56,231 bases of DNA from NCBI GenBank assembly GCA_001642005.1, contig LWCA01000090.1, positions 1-56,231 on the forward strand, in the 5' to 3' direction. The DNA comes from Intoshia linei (lineage: Eukaryota; Animalia; Orthonectida). Below are positions 25,944 to 45,100 of this stretch, piece after piece. A program made the translations under genes and the position numbers. The notes beneath the pieces were generated by a model that saw only the letters and a program-made list of their open reading frames with translations, did no database searches and had not been told where the DNA came from. How positions within the stretch are numbered: the stretch's first letter is position 1; the number at the start of each line of letters is the position of its first letter.

Positions 25944-27191
25944 ATTAATGTCTTTCGTGAGTTAATCTGATTATTTAAATCTAAATAAAATTAAAAACAT
26001 AAAATTTACGGAAACGTTGTCATATGTTCAGAATGCCGATAAATCTGATATTGTATACTATTTTTAGAAAAAGCTATGCTTAAATAGACCAATAAATCAT
26101 TTCAACAAAGAACTTTTGGCACATATCGCGGTTGTTTAAAATGTGAAATTATAATTTGTGTTATGCTAATGCCTTATATCATTTACTTTTTTTAAATATT
26201 GATTTATAGATTTTTGATTTATATGTGTTCCGGACTATGACACTATATTACCGATTGCGCAACATGATTACAATGCATAAAACATTTCGTAGTCACTTGA
26301 GATTCTTGAATATAATTTGGTTGCAAGACATTGATAAAAAAATCAACTGTTGAACGAAATATGCGTAATTTGACACAAAACATTTGTAGATATAAATTTT
26401 GCGAGTTGGTATGTCACAAATATATTTGTATATAGTAAGTCATCTAAATTAACAAAATCACACAAATGTATTGATTATAAATAATATCGCTTTAATTATT
26501 ATATCAATCTATTCATTTATGTAATTTAGTATGCTGTAATAAGTTAAACAATACATTAATAAATATACTCATATGTTGATGCGGTTCAATGATTCACTCA
26601 ATTTCGGAGGCACAAAGTAAATTACTGTGATATTATTAGACGACTGAGTTGCATTTGTATGTATCGATTGTTTTTTATTTATTTCGTTGGTTTCTACTTA
26701 AAATGCATTGTATTTTATCGGTATGTTATCTACCCTGGTGTGTTGTATTTAATCATTACAATTTGCTAAAGGTGATATTTTTATAAACAACAATGCAATG
26801 TTTTATAAAATTACAATTCATTTTATTCAAAATCGCACTCATTGGAATTAAATTAGATAGTAGCACCAATTTCATTAATTATAATATCACGTTTGAAGAT
26901 AATTTGACAAAAATGACAACCGTCATTTTTAATTTATTTTAATTTTAATAATTATATAATTAATTTCGTTGTATAACTAATAACTACTAAATTAAAAATT
27001 CTAATTAAAAATTAAATTTAATATACAAAGTATAATATGCATGTATTTTATCAATTCCGGAAAAATTATTGCAATAATGTAATACAATGTAATTCTAGGT
27101 TTAACACAGGTATACTAAAATAATATCGATAAAGATTTTATTGTTATTATATTAATATAGTTTTAAACTGCGCACTGTTATTTTATAATAA

Positions 27192-28045
27192 ATGATACAT
27201 TGCATATCAATACTAGATAACATTTTTTATTCATTGGAAGCATGGAATAGAGTGAGTGTCACAATAATAACGAATTTTTTTAGGAATACCAAACTTTTTC
27301 CTATAAACGGTTTATATGATCTATCTGACGATATTACTATTGAAGAAACTATTTTGAAGGAACAATTAATCCAATTAAAATCTTACAATTATGACGTTTT
27401 GGATATATCTGAATTAAAAATGGGAGAGCAGAATAATTATAATTGTAAAGAATTAGAAGAGTTAACAGTAAAAGAAATCAAAGAAGAGCCCAAAATAGAT
27501 AATATAGTATGTGAAGATATAACATATACCGAGTTATCAGAATATCTAAGTTTAATTGAAAAAATAAAAGTCATGACCTCAAGGATCTCTCCATCGGCTC
27601 TAATTGATATTTATACCCTTGAAACAAAATATCACAAGATCATCTCAAATAAAAATGCAAACCAAAATATTTTCAAAAATCTGATAAATTTATAAATAAA
27701 AAATATTAAATGTAAATAATTTTTTAAATTACAGTAACTAGAATTAACATTTTATAAATTTTATTTTATTGACGATATTAAAAAAATCTAAACATAGTTT
27801 CTCTCTACCCCACTTATTTGAATAACTATTATAATTCATTATAATAATTCACTTGTGATTATTTAGTATTTACAATCTCCAATAAAGAAATATATATCTC
27901 TTCATAGCTATATTTAATAATTTTAATTTTTACAATAATTCCGTTAAATATGACGTTTCTATAAAAAAACATTGCTAAACATGCTGTTTAGCGGAATTCC
28001 TAAATTTTTGAGTTCCAAAAATTCCGTTAAATAGGATTTAGACTG
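27192..28045 (+). mobile_element. pogo/Tigger transposase C-terminal remnant with right end
   Basis: ISILDNIFYSLEAWNRVSVTIITNFFR matches the Tigger post-DDE helix (I.ILDAI..AW..VS..TI.NCF) and is followed by an acidic tail. The element end is ttccgttaaataggatttagactg|TA. Confidence 0.65.
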
Positions 28046-28387
28046 TATTGTATTTTTATATACTGATAAAATAAATGGCATTGATTAATGAAATTAGTAA
28101 TAAAAAAAATTACTCAAAATAGCTTATAATTTAATAATACTAAAAATGGAGCTGTTAAATCAGTTTTAATTTTAATAAATATATATAAAACAGTACCGTT
28201 AGGTATGTTTTGGTCAAATTTTTTTTCCTGAAAACCTTAAATTTTAAATGGTGCCATTAATGTCATTCGTTGGTCCGTAATAAGAAAATTTCATTAATTT
28301 CATATACAAAGTGATTTAATTATTGATAAAATTTTATTTAATTTTACACAAAATTTAAATGTAGATAAAGTTTGTATGGCATTTAAT

Positions 28388-30303
28388 TTATATTTTTGTC
28401 TAAATTTATCATGAAATAAAAAAAAAGACTTCATACATTATTAATTGCAATTACATGGTTTAATGCAATAGTTTCATCTTTAGATGTATAATCAAATTTT
28501 GATAATTCGTCTTTACTCAACCTATGAACTATTCCGGCACCAAAAGAATCTCCAAGAACGTTGACAGCTGTGCGAATCCTGTCTCTACGTAATTATAGAA
28601 TTTTTAAATGAAAATGCTTACAAAAACCAATCTATCGTCAATAATAAACTGATATCATCTATCGGCAATCCAACTGCATTAAGAACCAATATTAGCGTAA
28701 TGAGTCCAGCACTAGGTATACTAGCTGCTCCAATGCTTGCTAATGTTGAAGTTATACTAAATATTAAAATTTAAATATAAAAATTTATAATATTAATATA
28801 TAATAATAATATATAATATTATAATTATATAAGTTGGTATAATATTATACTTATATGTATTTTTATTAATTATACTCACCTTATCGTAATAATATTTCCG
28901 TATGACAATTGTATATTATTTAATTGAGCTATAAAAATTGCTGCTGATGCCTAAAATTTTTAATTAAAATTTACAAATTACAAATTTTACCTCATATAGA
29001 GCAGTTCCATCCATATTAACCGTTGCTCCAATAGGTAAAACAAAACGGGTTACTCTTGGATCAATATGATTTTTTTCTTCGAGACATTTAAAAGTGACTG
29101 GTAACGTTGCAGCGCTATTAATTTTAATTTAATTTGCATGGCCATTAAATGATAATTATTTATAAATACCTGGACGCTGTGCCAAATGCTGTTACAATAG
29201 CTTGGAGCATATTTTTCGTGTAGGTCAAGGGGTTTCTTCGTGTAAATATAAAAAAAATGATTGGTAAAATGATAAATCCATGGAAAATTAAACCCAAAAC
29301 TATACAAAGCATGTACATGCCCAATTTTAGCATTGTACTTTGTAAATCAGGAATAACAAGTAGTTTTTCAGCAATCAGAGATCCAATGCCTATGGGAGAA
29401 AGACTACATTACTTGTTAAATTTAATTATTTTGTACATACATCATTACAATCGATATAAATTTCATAACAATCTCATTAAGAACTGAGAATATATCCACC
29501 ATAATTTGACCTCTCTGCCCCAAGGAACTTACCACAATTCCAAAGAAGACGCAAAATAAAATAATTCCTAAAATCATCATTATAATAATATCAAATTATA
29601 TACCTAAAACGTTAGTTGCTTCAACGTATTCCTGTTTCGCTGTGTATTGAATTGAATTATTAGTTGAAAAGTTTGGTTTAATTGGGTAATATACAGTTTT
29701 AACTTGATATAAACATGCTCTGATTATATTTTCTGGTATAAGATTTCTAAAAAATTGAAAATTTTCAATTTATGTTACCTTATTAGATCCGTAAACGAAT
29801 CGAATGCATTAATATATTGGTTTTCCCCTGATACCAAAGTCGGTTGTATATTTGTTTTTACACCAGGTTTAATAGTCATAATAAAAATTATTCCAACTAT
29901 TACTGCCACAAACGTTGTTAAAAGATAATAAATTATAGTTCGCAATCCCAATTTACCACAGGTCTGTAAATTTAATTCGGAAATCCCTAATCTTTATGTT
30001 AGATTTGTATAAAATATCAAACCTGAAATTATACTAGACACAATTAGCGGTAATATTAACATTTTAAGCAGACGTATAAAAATATTTCCGCATAAACCTA
30101 TTAATGTTATTGAATTTGCAGATAATTCGTATTTTCGTAGAAATATCCCTAAAATAGCTCCAATTGTGACACCAAAAAGTGTGAATATGAGCAGTAAGTT
30201 TTGTTTTAAATAATTAATTATCTATATTTTTAATTTCAAATATAAATCAAGTTTTCAAAGTATAATTTACCTTTATGTGACGATTCAATCTATTTTTAAT
30301 CAT
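28388..30303 (-). CDS. SLC1A: Excitatory amino-acid transporter (SLC1/EAAT family), about 11 exons
   Basis: Spliced translation contains [71 protein letters not shown] and [23 protein letters not shown]. Introns are 49, 36, 32, 36, 37, 55, 40, 123, 37 and 37 bp. Confidence 0.95.
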
Positions 30304-31219
30304 ATTGGAACGGTATAATACTAAATTATATTATATTTTAAAATTTTGAATAGGAATAGATGTAGGTGTAGTTAATTTAAACAAGTTTATCTAATTATCA
30401 TTGATTTACTTACATAAGTTGAAATGACTATCAACTAACTTAATTAGGTGAACTTGATGCAATTTTTTAATACGTTATAAACATTATAATACAATACATA
30501 CATATATATTTATCAAAATAGGTTAAACGTGAAATCAGTAATCAAGTATCATCTTTTTAGATGAAATAAAATTCTTTATTATTTTTCACGTTATAAATTT
30601 AATTTAATTTTGATTTTATCGAATTGAGGTTACATCAAAATTATCTAAGAGTATCAATTAATTGTAGCAATCTATCATATTTTATATTATATTATATAAT
30701 ACAGTAAGGCATATATTTCACTGTTTTAGTTGCGGCGTGACGATATATTAACCTAATTCTGGTTAAAGAAAACCTTTTCAAATAAATTTTTTTTGTAAAC
30801 TAATTTTAAATTCCAATTGTGATGAATCATAGAATTTCTTTTATAGTACGGTATTTTTTCAAATTTATTATTCCTACATACCAAATATACATTAAAAAAA
30901 TTTAAAAATCTGGTGGACTATTTTTATTTTTAGCAGCAAATTCTTCAAGCACAGTCAATATTATTTATAACAATAAGCTTGACTGTTATGTATTTCGTAC
31001 ACAGCATTACGATCTGACAATAGCCAACCTTTTCAATTTTACTAAAAAAATAAATTCAATAGAATCATATTTTAAAATGATACTATTCACTATTACAAAA
31101 TCTTTAAAAAAGTGGTTCAAAAACTTATTTCACTATGGATCGGATATTTGACATTATCTTTTAATTTAAAGTGAATTATTCCGACTTAATTTTATTTTGT
31201 TAAAATTTACGTAAACAAT

Positions 31220-31735
31220 TTCATTTTTCAGTGTCAAGTTAAATAAAGGAACACATAATATAGAAAAATTCCATATGAATTTAGAATAATACGTTGCCAT
31301 TAAGTAAAGATTTAACTTCACATTTGTTCTTTGGAGTAAACTTAACAGAGGAGATATTTTGTCACTATCAATTTTTACTCCATTTTTATCTAACACTCGA
31401 CCCAATATTTTTATGCTGTCCTTAGCCAAGTCGCATTTATCAACATTCAATACTATATTGTAATATTTAAGCCTTTCTAAAACAATTTTCAATATTTTAT
31501 CATGCTCATTTTTAGTTTTTACAAAAATTATAATATTATCCAACATACAAGCTACATTATTAATTCCTTTCAACACTTTTTCCATTATTGACTAAAATGC
31601 AGCTGGAGCTGAAGCCAATCCAAACGGTACTCTTTTATACCTGAATACACCTATGGGTGTACTGAAAGCCGTTAAATATCTGCAATTTTTGTTCAAATTG
31701 ATTTGACGCTACGCGTGCTTTAAATAAATTGTCAA
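31220..31735 (-). pseudogene. Ty3/gypsy reverse transcriptase fragment
   Basis: Reads YLTAFSTPIGVFRYKRVPFGLASAPAAF*SIMEKVLKGINNVACMLDNIII...LNVDKC...ILGRVL. It has in-frame stops and YxDD has decayed to MLDN. It abuts a Helitron fragment (~31040-31220). Confidence 0.88.
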
Positions 31736-32332
31736 TATAAATAACAATATAAAGTCAAGAAAATCTTGCAGAAATCCTGAGGACGATTATAATTATATAA
31801 TTATAATATCCGGTTATAATTACCGATATAATTATATTATAATGCAATAAATAACCCAAATCAACCATGTATCAATATATCAAAAACTGCTCCATTGTTT
31901 ATATCGTCTTTCATGGATGAATTGTCTAATATCCATTTGATTTTGGAAGCACAAAAATATGTGCCCTGAGGTAAACCAGTCTTGTCCTGAAATACACAAA
32001 TCCTTCACTTACTATAAATAAAAATGAAAGTCTGACAGTGTTACCGCTTAATTAAAAAAATTAAGTGTTAGATTTTATGAAACGTAATTTCTAATATAGT
32101 TTTTCCAGAGTAATATTTTATCAAACATTTTATTTTTAGAAATTGAATCTTTTTGAGTAAAAAACCCAAATTAATTATTTTTTAAAAAATTTCAAGAATT
32201 TTAGAAACAAGATTTGAAGCGGGTTTTAACATTAAAATTATTGTAAAACTTAATCTCAGAAACTTACAACTTAATGGTAAAAACTTTAAATGATATTTTT
32301 TGATGAAAAAAAACCTAGAATTTTATAAAATA

Positions 32333-32565
32333 CTAGGTTGACTGTAATGTACTACGTACAAATATCACCTAGCTCTGCCGAGGGCACATTTTCATTATAC
32401 CAAAAAAATAAATTCACGTTGAAAATGTAACTTAAAAATCCTACTATTCACTATTATCAATCCTTTAAAGGAGTGGTTCCCAAATTTGTTTAAGGTGAAA
32501 CCATCATATCACATTGCTTTTTACTTTAAAGAGAATTATTCCATCTTAATTTTTTACACTTAACA
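32333..32565 (-). mobile_element. Helitron family 3' fragment
   Basis: Minus strand ends tgccctcggcagagctagg...cagtcaacCTAG|t. Confidence 0.7.
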
Positions 32566-32616
32566 CTACAATAACAAAATTTTAAAAAATTATATTTGAG
32601 GAGTTACAAATTTTGA

Positions 32617-37295
<4,679 letters not shown>

Positions 37296-39173
37296 TATCA
37301 GTTAACCCTATTATTTCAACCTAAAAAAAAGTTTATTTTTTGAAAATATCGCTATTAACGAATGTAAAGTTTACAGTTTTTTAACATTAATTCACAGTAA
37401 TGTGCAGTTAAACTAATTATTGCCTGTTGTTGAGTAGTTTAACTAATTTAGTAGCTGTCAAATTACCAAGTGCCGAACCTACCATACTGCTACCCCTTTT
37501 GGGTGGGGTGGGGTTTGACACAATTTTTGTAAAATTGAGGCCACACTTTTTTCAAATTGAGCATTAAAAAAATGATATTCTTGAATATCATAGCTATTTT
37601 TTTTTGTGTTAAATTTAAAATATTAAGCCAAGAGTCTTAGAGAGGTCGCTAGGTATATATGACACTGCATAGTTTATGAAAAAAAATTTAGGTGTCTATT
37701 TTCTATTTTCGGATGGTCTCGAGCTGGGTTGGTTCGGCTCTGCAATTATCATATATATACTTCTTTTTTATATGACACGATGCAGGTTAATAGATGAATA
37801 AATTAATATTGCTTTTTTTCAAATTTTTCTATAAGACGATTTCAAACTAATAAAATCAATTGTAATGTTTTTCAACATGTAAATCAAAAATTTTTCAATA
37901 TTGTACCTTAGTCTTGCTTATTATAAAATAGTAAATTGATAAAATATTAACATCAATGTCAAATTTTAACAACTCAACAGTCTTAGAGAAGTGGATAGGG
38001 TTATTTGACACTACAATTCGTTTGCTAAATTTTTAAAGACCCTATTTTTTATTTTAGGGTTTGCCACCAGCTAGCTGTGTTCGGCTCTAGGAACTACTAT
38101 CGAAATAAGTTTAATCATTACATAGATTAAATTTCACGCACGTCAAAATAATTCAGGCTATTCTGTAAAACATTAATTTATTTTAATAAAATGATGTTTA
38201 TGTTCATTAATAATAATGATGAATGAATGATAATGAATAATATTCTATTTTATTATATTATTAAAAAAAGATTATTTTCATTTTATTTAAATTTTTTTTG
38301 TGGACCATCTACAATTTCCTGTGGTCCACTTTGGCAACCACTGGCCTAAGCAAAGATATCCTTGAATATCGATAGAATGTTGCTTATGTTGAACAGTGTT
38401 AATTAATTTAATGTCTCTGTGTTACCGCTTATTTACAATAAATGTAAAAAATTAACAATCGTAGAATTTTAAAAAACCAAATTTCTAGTTCAGTTTTTAG
38501 CAAGTGATATTTATATCTTTGTTTTATTTCTAGAAATTAAGTCCTTCTCAGTCAAATATCATATTTCCTTTTTTTTTAATAATAAAATCAGCTAAAAGTT
38601 TAACAAAAACGTAAATTCTGGGAGTAAATAGATACCATTAAATTAAAAAATTAAATACCGGTACATATTGTATTTAAAATTTCATTTTTTTGGAATTTAC
38701 GTTTTTTATGACAATTTTTAGAATTGTAGTGTTTTTCTTTATCTTTAAGATTATACACTTATTCTCGCGAATAAATTAAAAAAATGGGATCACAAAATTT
38801 TTTTTAAAATTCTATACACAAATGTTAAAATAAAATTAAATAGGAATAATTCACCTTAAATTAAAAGATAATTTGAAATGACCGGTCCACGGTGAGACAA
38901 GTTTGGGAATCACTTCTTTAAAGGATTGGTAATAGTAAATAGAAACATTTTTAGGTAAGATTTTATTATATTATTTATTATGTTAATTTATTTTTTGGAT
39001 AGAATTAAAAAATTTTGCCCTCAGCAGAGCTAGCTATTGTTTGTAAAAACAACCGCGCTCAAAAATTTCTAAAAAGGCTTTGGGTCACTCGTTGATAAGC
39101 ACTGATATAATGCTTATTGCCTTAATAGTAAATGTTAGTTTAGGACCTAAACTTTATATGGAAAGTATACATA

Positions 39174-40588
39174 TTCTTACTTATATAAGATGCTATGTAA
39201 TATTTGTTTGTGTGTTTGTTCAGCTTTATTTAAATAACTACCCTTCTTAGAATTTTATAAAGTCCACATTTCAATTACAATTTTTTCCGGGGTGTTCGCA
39301 AACTTAATTTCAACCTCCCAAACTCACATCTTACGGGTCAAAAACCCCAATTGTTTGTTTTTTTTATGAAAATCAAACAAGTTGGACAATTTAAAAAAAT
39401 TATATCTTCAGGCCTAAAACCCCAAATTACTATTCTTTTTTTAATGAAAACAGCCCTTTCAAAAAATTTACAGGTGGTACAGTTGTATCCTGTTAACACA
39501 CTTAAAAATTTCAATCCGAATAAGTGACGACTTCACTCACTTCTGCATTGAACATTTATACATTTTTAATAAAGAAATATGGGTGAAAATATATATAATT
39601 CATTCTTTCGCAATTTTTCAATCTCAATTCTCATTTTCAAAAAATTTTGTTTAAAATTTAAATTTACACTACAACGAATTACAAATGTTAACAAACAAAA
39701 AATTAAGATTGAATAATTCACTTTAAAGTAAAAAGTAATGATATGATGGTTCCACCTGAAACAGATTTAGGAACCACTCCTTTAAAGCAGGGTTTCTTGA
39801 CCGGGTGCTAGAATTAATTTCAGGGGGTGCTAGAAAAACTATTCTTATTTTTTAAATTTTGAATAAAAAATGTTAATAATAAAATCCAATTAAACGTATT
39901 TTCAAATTGAAATTTACTTTATCACTCAAATAAGTGTATATTGATTTATGCAAAAAATTCGCCAATGGAACAATGAATATGTAAAGTATGAATTTACTGG
40001 GCTTATAGAAAGTGGGAAGAATAATAGAGTTCAATGCATGAACTATCATTATATAATGTGTAATTCCAATCTTAAACCTTGTCGTCTCGTAAAACACCTA
40101 GAAAAATATCCAAACAATGGAAATACATCGATTGATAATTTTTGCATTAAGAGAGCACGATATGACCAAAGAGGGAAAATAGCTGTTGTAGAACAAAGTT
40201 TGACGTTATGATTTTATCTGAATTTTGGTGTTCACAAATTAATTTAAAATATTTTTTTGATTACATAGTTTTGTTGCTTTTATATATAGATTGTATTCAA
40301 GAAAAAAATTGGTTTAATGGATAAATATAATTTAAATCTCATCAAATACAGCTTCTATGTTTATTTATTGATTATGTTCGATATAGTAATTTTTTAAAAT
40401 CTCAATAAAATACGATTTTTAAGTTGAATTTTAAGGTATCATTTTATATTTTTTAAGGGGTGGTGGAAATAATTGATCTGGCTAACAGGGGTGCTAAATT
40501 TAAAAAAGGTTAAGAAACCCTGCTTTAAAGGATTGATAATAGTGAATAGTAGGATTTTTAAATTAGATTTTCAACGTGAATTTATTTA
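39174..40588 (+). mobile_element. Helitron copy interrupted by a hAT element
   Basis: 5' tcttacttatataag..tttgtttgtgtgtttg, colinear with the 35542 element. Helitron sequence resumes (gattgataatagtgaatagt) directly after the hAT TSD. Confidence 0.75.
39788..40522 (+). mobile_element. Internally deleted Buster/Charlie hAT transposon with a BED-finger ORF remnant (39948-40211)
   Basis: TIRs cagggtttcttgacc / ggttaagaaaccctg (14/15) and a perfect 8-bp TSD ctttaaag. ORF RQWNNEYVKYEF...RVQCMNY...NSNLKPCRLVKHL matches the Buster N-terminal BED finger. Confidence 0.9.
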
Positions 40589-42127
40589 CTAAATTTGTTA
40601 GTTATTTATTTATATATATTATTTATTAGTTAAATATTGTATCTGAATTAAAGTAGTGATCACCAATGACCCATAAATATTGGAATAATAGTATTCTATT
40701 GATTTTATAAATACCTAAATTACAGTTTATATTTTATACCGTGTATAAATATTATAAAACAAATAATAATGCATAAAATATATGAAAATAATTACATCAA
40801 TTAAAAAATGTACTTCATACTTTGAACCCTTATTTGTAAACTCAATCTTAATTTGAAAATATGTTTTAGCTGATACATTGTATAACTATTATTGGATGTT
40901 AATGAAATTTGTATATCAATGTCTTGATTTGAATATGAGTCCATTTTTGTCATGTTATGTGATGGTCAAGTGTAAATTTAATTTAATTGTGATCAAAATA
41001 TGGCTCATGATAAAAAATCATTACAATTTAATAATAATATAATTATTAATAAATTTCATTCTACTTTTTAAGTTATCTGTCTAAATATTGATTAAACTCA
41101 AAAATGTTACTCATCGTGTATAATCTTACTATTGTGACCCAAAATATGATATGATTATTATTGAAAGTTTATCAATTTTGATTGTAATGGAAATTAAATG
41201 TAGATAAAATCATAAATTTTTCATTAAATATGGGTATTCATTTTATTTTCAACTTATAATTAATACATCAAATATTTTATATAAATTTTATGTATTTTAC
41301 ATTGTATTGTTTATTACATTATGAAATTTAAATATGAGTTTAGAATTCAAAAAATTCAATAGAAATAAAATAAAAAGCATATCGTCGACTTTTTTGAAGA
41401 AACGCCACTTTAACAAACTTATTTCTGAAAATTTGAATATATTTCACAGGTAATTTAGAAAAAATATCAAAGGATTTTGGTTTATTTTTACTTGACAGTG
41501 AAGTAATTTATTAAACTGAAGGTTATATCGTTTTGACATTTATAGGATTATTTTATGGAATTTATATATATTTATCTATTTCAATTACATTTTTTTATTT
41601 TAACGAATTCGAATCGATTTAAACAAATTTAATTTAAATTTAATTGGAATGATTTATTCCATCTTCAGAACGGTTGGTATAAAACAATAATATATTTTGG
41701 GATATTTTGTATATTTACAATTACATTGTAAACTATATTTAATTTTACATTTTATCAAGCGTTATTTGATTGAATACAAATTAAATGAAATTATAAAATT
41801 TAAAACAGGTTTATGTATGCATTTAGATTTTTTATATTAATGAATAAATAATATTAAGTTTCTACATTATTTTACCATAGAATTTATTGATTAAATTGGA
41901 AATATGATTTAGTTAAAAAGGAATCGATTAAAATATTTTAAACATATCAAAATCATTAACCATACAGCGAAAACTGTACTATTAAATAATGTCAACACAA
42001 GTATATGAATATAATGTAACTAATTTTGAATAATATATTTATTAAACGTGTTATTGCAAACTATACAAACAGTGACATAACTAACTTGATTTCTATTTAC
42101 TTGTGAAAATTTTACCTATTTCTTAAT

Positions 42128-45100
42128 ATGACTTTAGGAACTAGATATGAATCTATCCACTCTGAACAAGAAGAATCTCTAATTAGCAAACAAACCGATT
42201 ATAGAAATAAAAGTAATGACGAATACATGCTAAATATAAAGATTTATCACAAAAGATGGATAATGTTGGCAATTTTTGTGACATACACTTTAGCAAATGC
42301 TTTTCAATGGACTCATTTATTTATTATATCAGATTCTATAGAGAAATATTATGAACCAAGTTTACCCAAGAATGACACTTTTTTGTTTATGATTCTTATA
42401 GAATCATTATCAGTATCGTACATGTTGATGTATTTAATTTTTATTATACCGTCATATATTGTTCTTGAAAAATATGGAATGCGTACAACAGCAATAATTG
42501 CAACTGTATTAAATTGCGCTGGAGCATGGTTAAAATGTCTTGCCATTTCTCCAGATCGATATTACATGCTCTTAATAGGTATCGTTGTATCACTATTATT
42601 AGATATTAGAGTTAAACGTTAAAGATTTCACAAGTTGAATATTAATGTTTTTGATACATGTATAACATTGTATTATATATTGTATTTATGTCCATTTGAA
42701 TGAAAATTTAAGTCATTTTTGAGTAAAAAGTTTCCTTAAATTTATACATTTTTTAATTTATCGCTTGCAACTATAATACTTGAAATAATATGAAAAAGTA
42801 AACTTTGGTTCAAAGATTAATTTAATAAAATTTAAAGTATCTGTCGACATACTTTTTAATTTTTGTTGTTATTCTTAGATTTAATATCTATATCCTAATC
42901 TTAATCCAAATTTATAATATGAATATTACAATTTTACGAAAAAGATTACGAATAATTACAAAACAATATTGCAATCTGTTAAATAAAGCTAAACAACTTT
43001 AACGTATTTAGTTTGACGTTTTACTGTCCTAAAAACCTTTAATTTTCTCATTTTGTAAATATAATTTGTGTATAATTAGTCAAAAAGATAGAATTACTCA
43101 GATAAAATACATTATTTCAATTGAGTATTACATGTACTAGAAAACTACAAACTACGAATGTCAACAAAAATGAACTTACTGTTAGTGTTCTAATAATTTT
43201 ATTTATTTTTAAATTGTTTTAAACAAATAATTAATAATAATAAAAGTAAAGTATTGATGTATTTTTTGAAAAATTAAAATAGTGAGATATTATTACCATA
43301 TACTATATTTTCTCCACACTCGTCAACTCTATAACTCGCCAATTCTCTAAATCGTCATTAATTTAATAAATCATCACAAGAATGGCGAGTTATAGAGAGA
43401 ATACAGTAATAACATGAATATATGTACTTGATATATTCATTACAATGTCGTCATCAGAGATTGAAATTGACTTTAAAAATCAGAGTCGACTTGAATCGAC
43501 TAAAAATTTTTTATATGAAAGGTTAAAAGTAAATCCATCATATCATCTATAACAGGATTTCCAAAGGGATAATTAAAAAAATTTAGAAAAATTATTAGAT
43601 TTATCCCTAAAAATGACATTGAAAAGTGACTTTCTCAATTGGGAATGTATTAACTATAAAGATACTGAAATTAAATACATTGTAATTGAGTAAAATCTTG
43701 TTTTAATCTCCATTACACATAAGGCCCAATTTCAATAATTTGAATATCATAGGGTTGCACTGTGGGATTAAAAAAATGTACAATTATTTATTTTGAAATT
43801 TAATGAAACTAATAATTTTTATACATGTACATGTTACAATATTTTCACAGTATTTTCATGTATTTATACTGTGATATTTAAATGACAAACGCAACTCGTA
43901 TAGATAGCGTTAAATGTTTTTGATTGCGAATTAGTTTTTCTATTTTAAAATTACACACTTGTAGTGCTAATTGCTCTTGATCCTTTTGTCTTTCTGTAGT
44001 GTCATAAATTATTTAAAGTTTACATGAATATTTGAATGAATAAATTACATAGATTTTCACCCATATGTCTTTTTTGAAATTCTAAAGCTTTTTTCAAAAA
44101 AAAGGAAGGCCAATTTGGGGTTTTGGACCTGAAGATATAATTTTTTTAAATTTAAATTTGTGATAATGTTTATGATTTTAAAATCCGCATCAGCGTATAT
44201 ATTTTTTTAAATTCTTTAACTTGTTTAATTTTCAAAAAGAGGTACAACAGGGGTTTTTGACCCTTAAGATGTGAAATTGGGAGGTTGAAATTTATGTCAT
44301 TATACGACCGGATAAAACTGCAATTGAAATGTGGTCTTTAAAAAATTTTAAGAGTGTTATTTATTTCAATAAAGTGGTACACACACAGACAGACACAAAC
44401 AAAAATCACGTCGTATTTTATATAAGTTAAAATGTATTTATACGTGTAACAATGCAATTCATTTTGTGTTGACGTAGGTTGAACGGTCATAAGGGCTTCC
44501 TTTAATTTTAACAATCTTAATGATAGCGTTCCAGTTAGTAACAACTTATAATATTTTTCAAAATAATATTGGAAAAAGATAATAATGCCCTTAAGCGTTG
44601 CTAATTTGTGGTTGGAATAAGAGGTTTTTAAAAAAAGTATTGGAAAAAGGATATTTTTCCATTAAGGGCTGGAAAATTAAATTTTTGATTACATTTTATT
44701 AGTGGTGGGATTTTTGAAATGGTAAATTTTAAATATTATATAATCATATTTTTATAGTAATAACAAACATAAATCAAATACAGGTATGTCTCAATTTTTT
44801 TCGGGAAATCCCGGGAAATCTTGGGAAATGGTAAAAATCCCGGGAATTTTTCCCCGGCATAATCACTACCTGCGGTATATATCTTTTATCTGTTAACCAA
44901 GACAATAATTAATAATTAATAAATTAATAATAGTTACTTTAACTTGTGATAATAAACTCTATTAAAATATTTATAGGACAAATTGTTGCTGCAATTGCAC
45001 AAGCATTTATACTTGGTTTGCCAGCTAGATTAGCTGCTGTATGGTTTGGTCAAAACGAATTGGCCTTAGCAACCTCGATAGGTGTTTTTGGCAACCAGGT

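Noticed and set aside
43300-43410. Inverted repeat ctctataactcgcca...tggcgagttatagag as a possible miRNA hairpin
   Set aside because: The ends resemble pogo-type MITE termini and similar fragments occur near 12900 and 49400, so a MITE origin is simpler.
44793-44868. cccgggaa repeats ending in taatcacta
   Set aside because: Probably one end of a hAT-like element; the partner end and TSD were not found, so it is not called as a feature.
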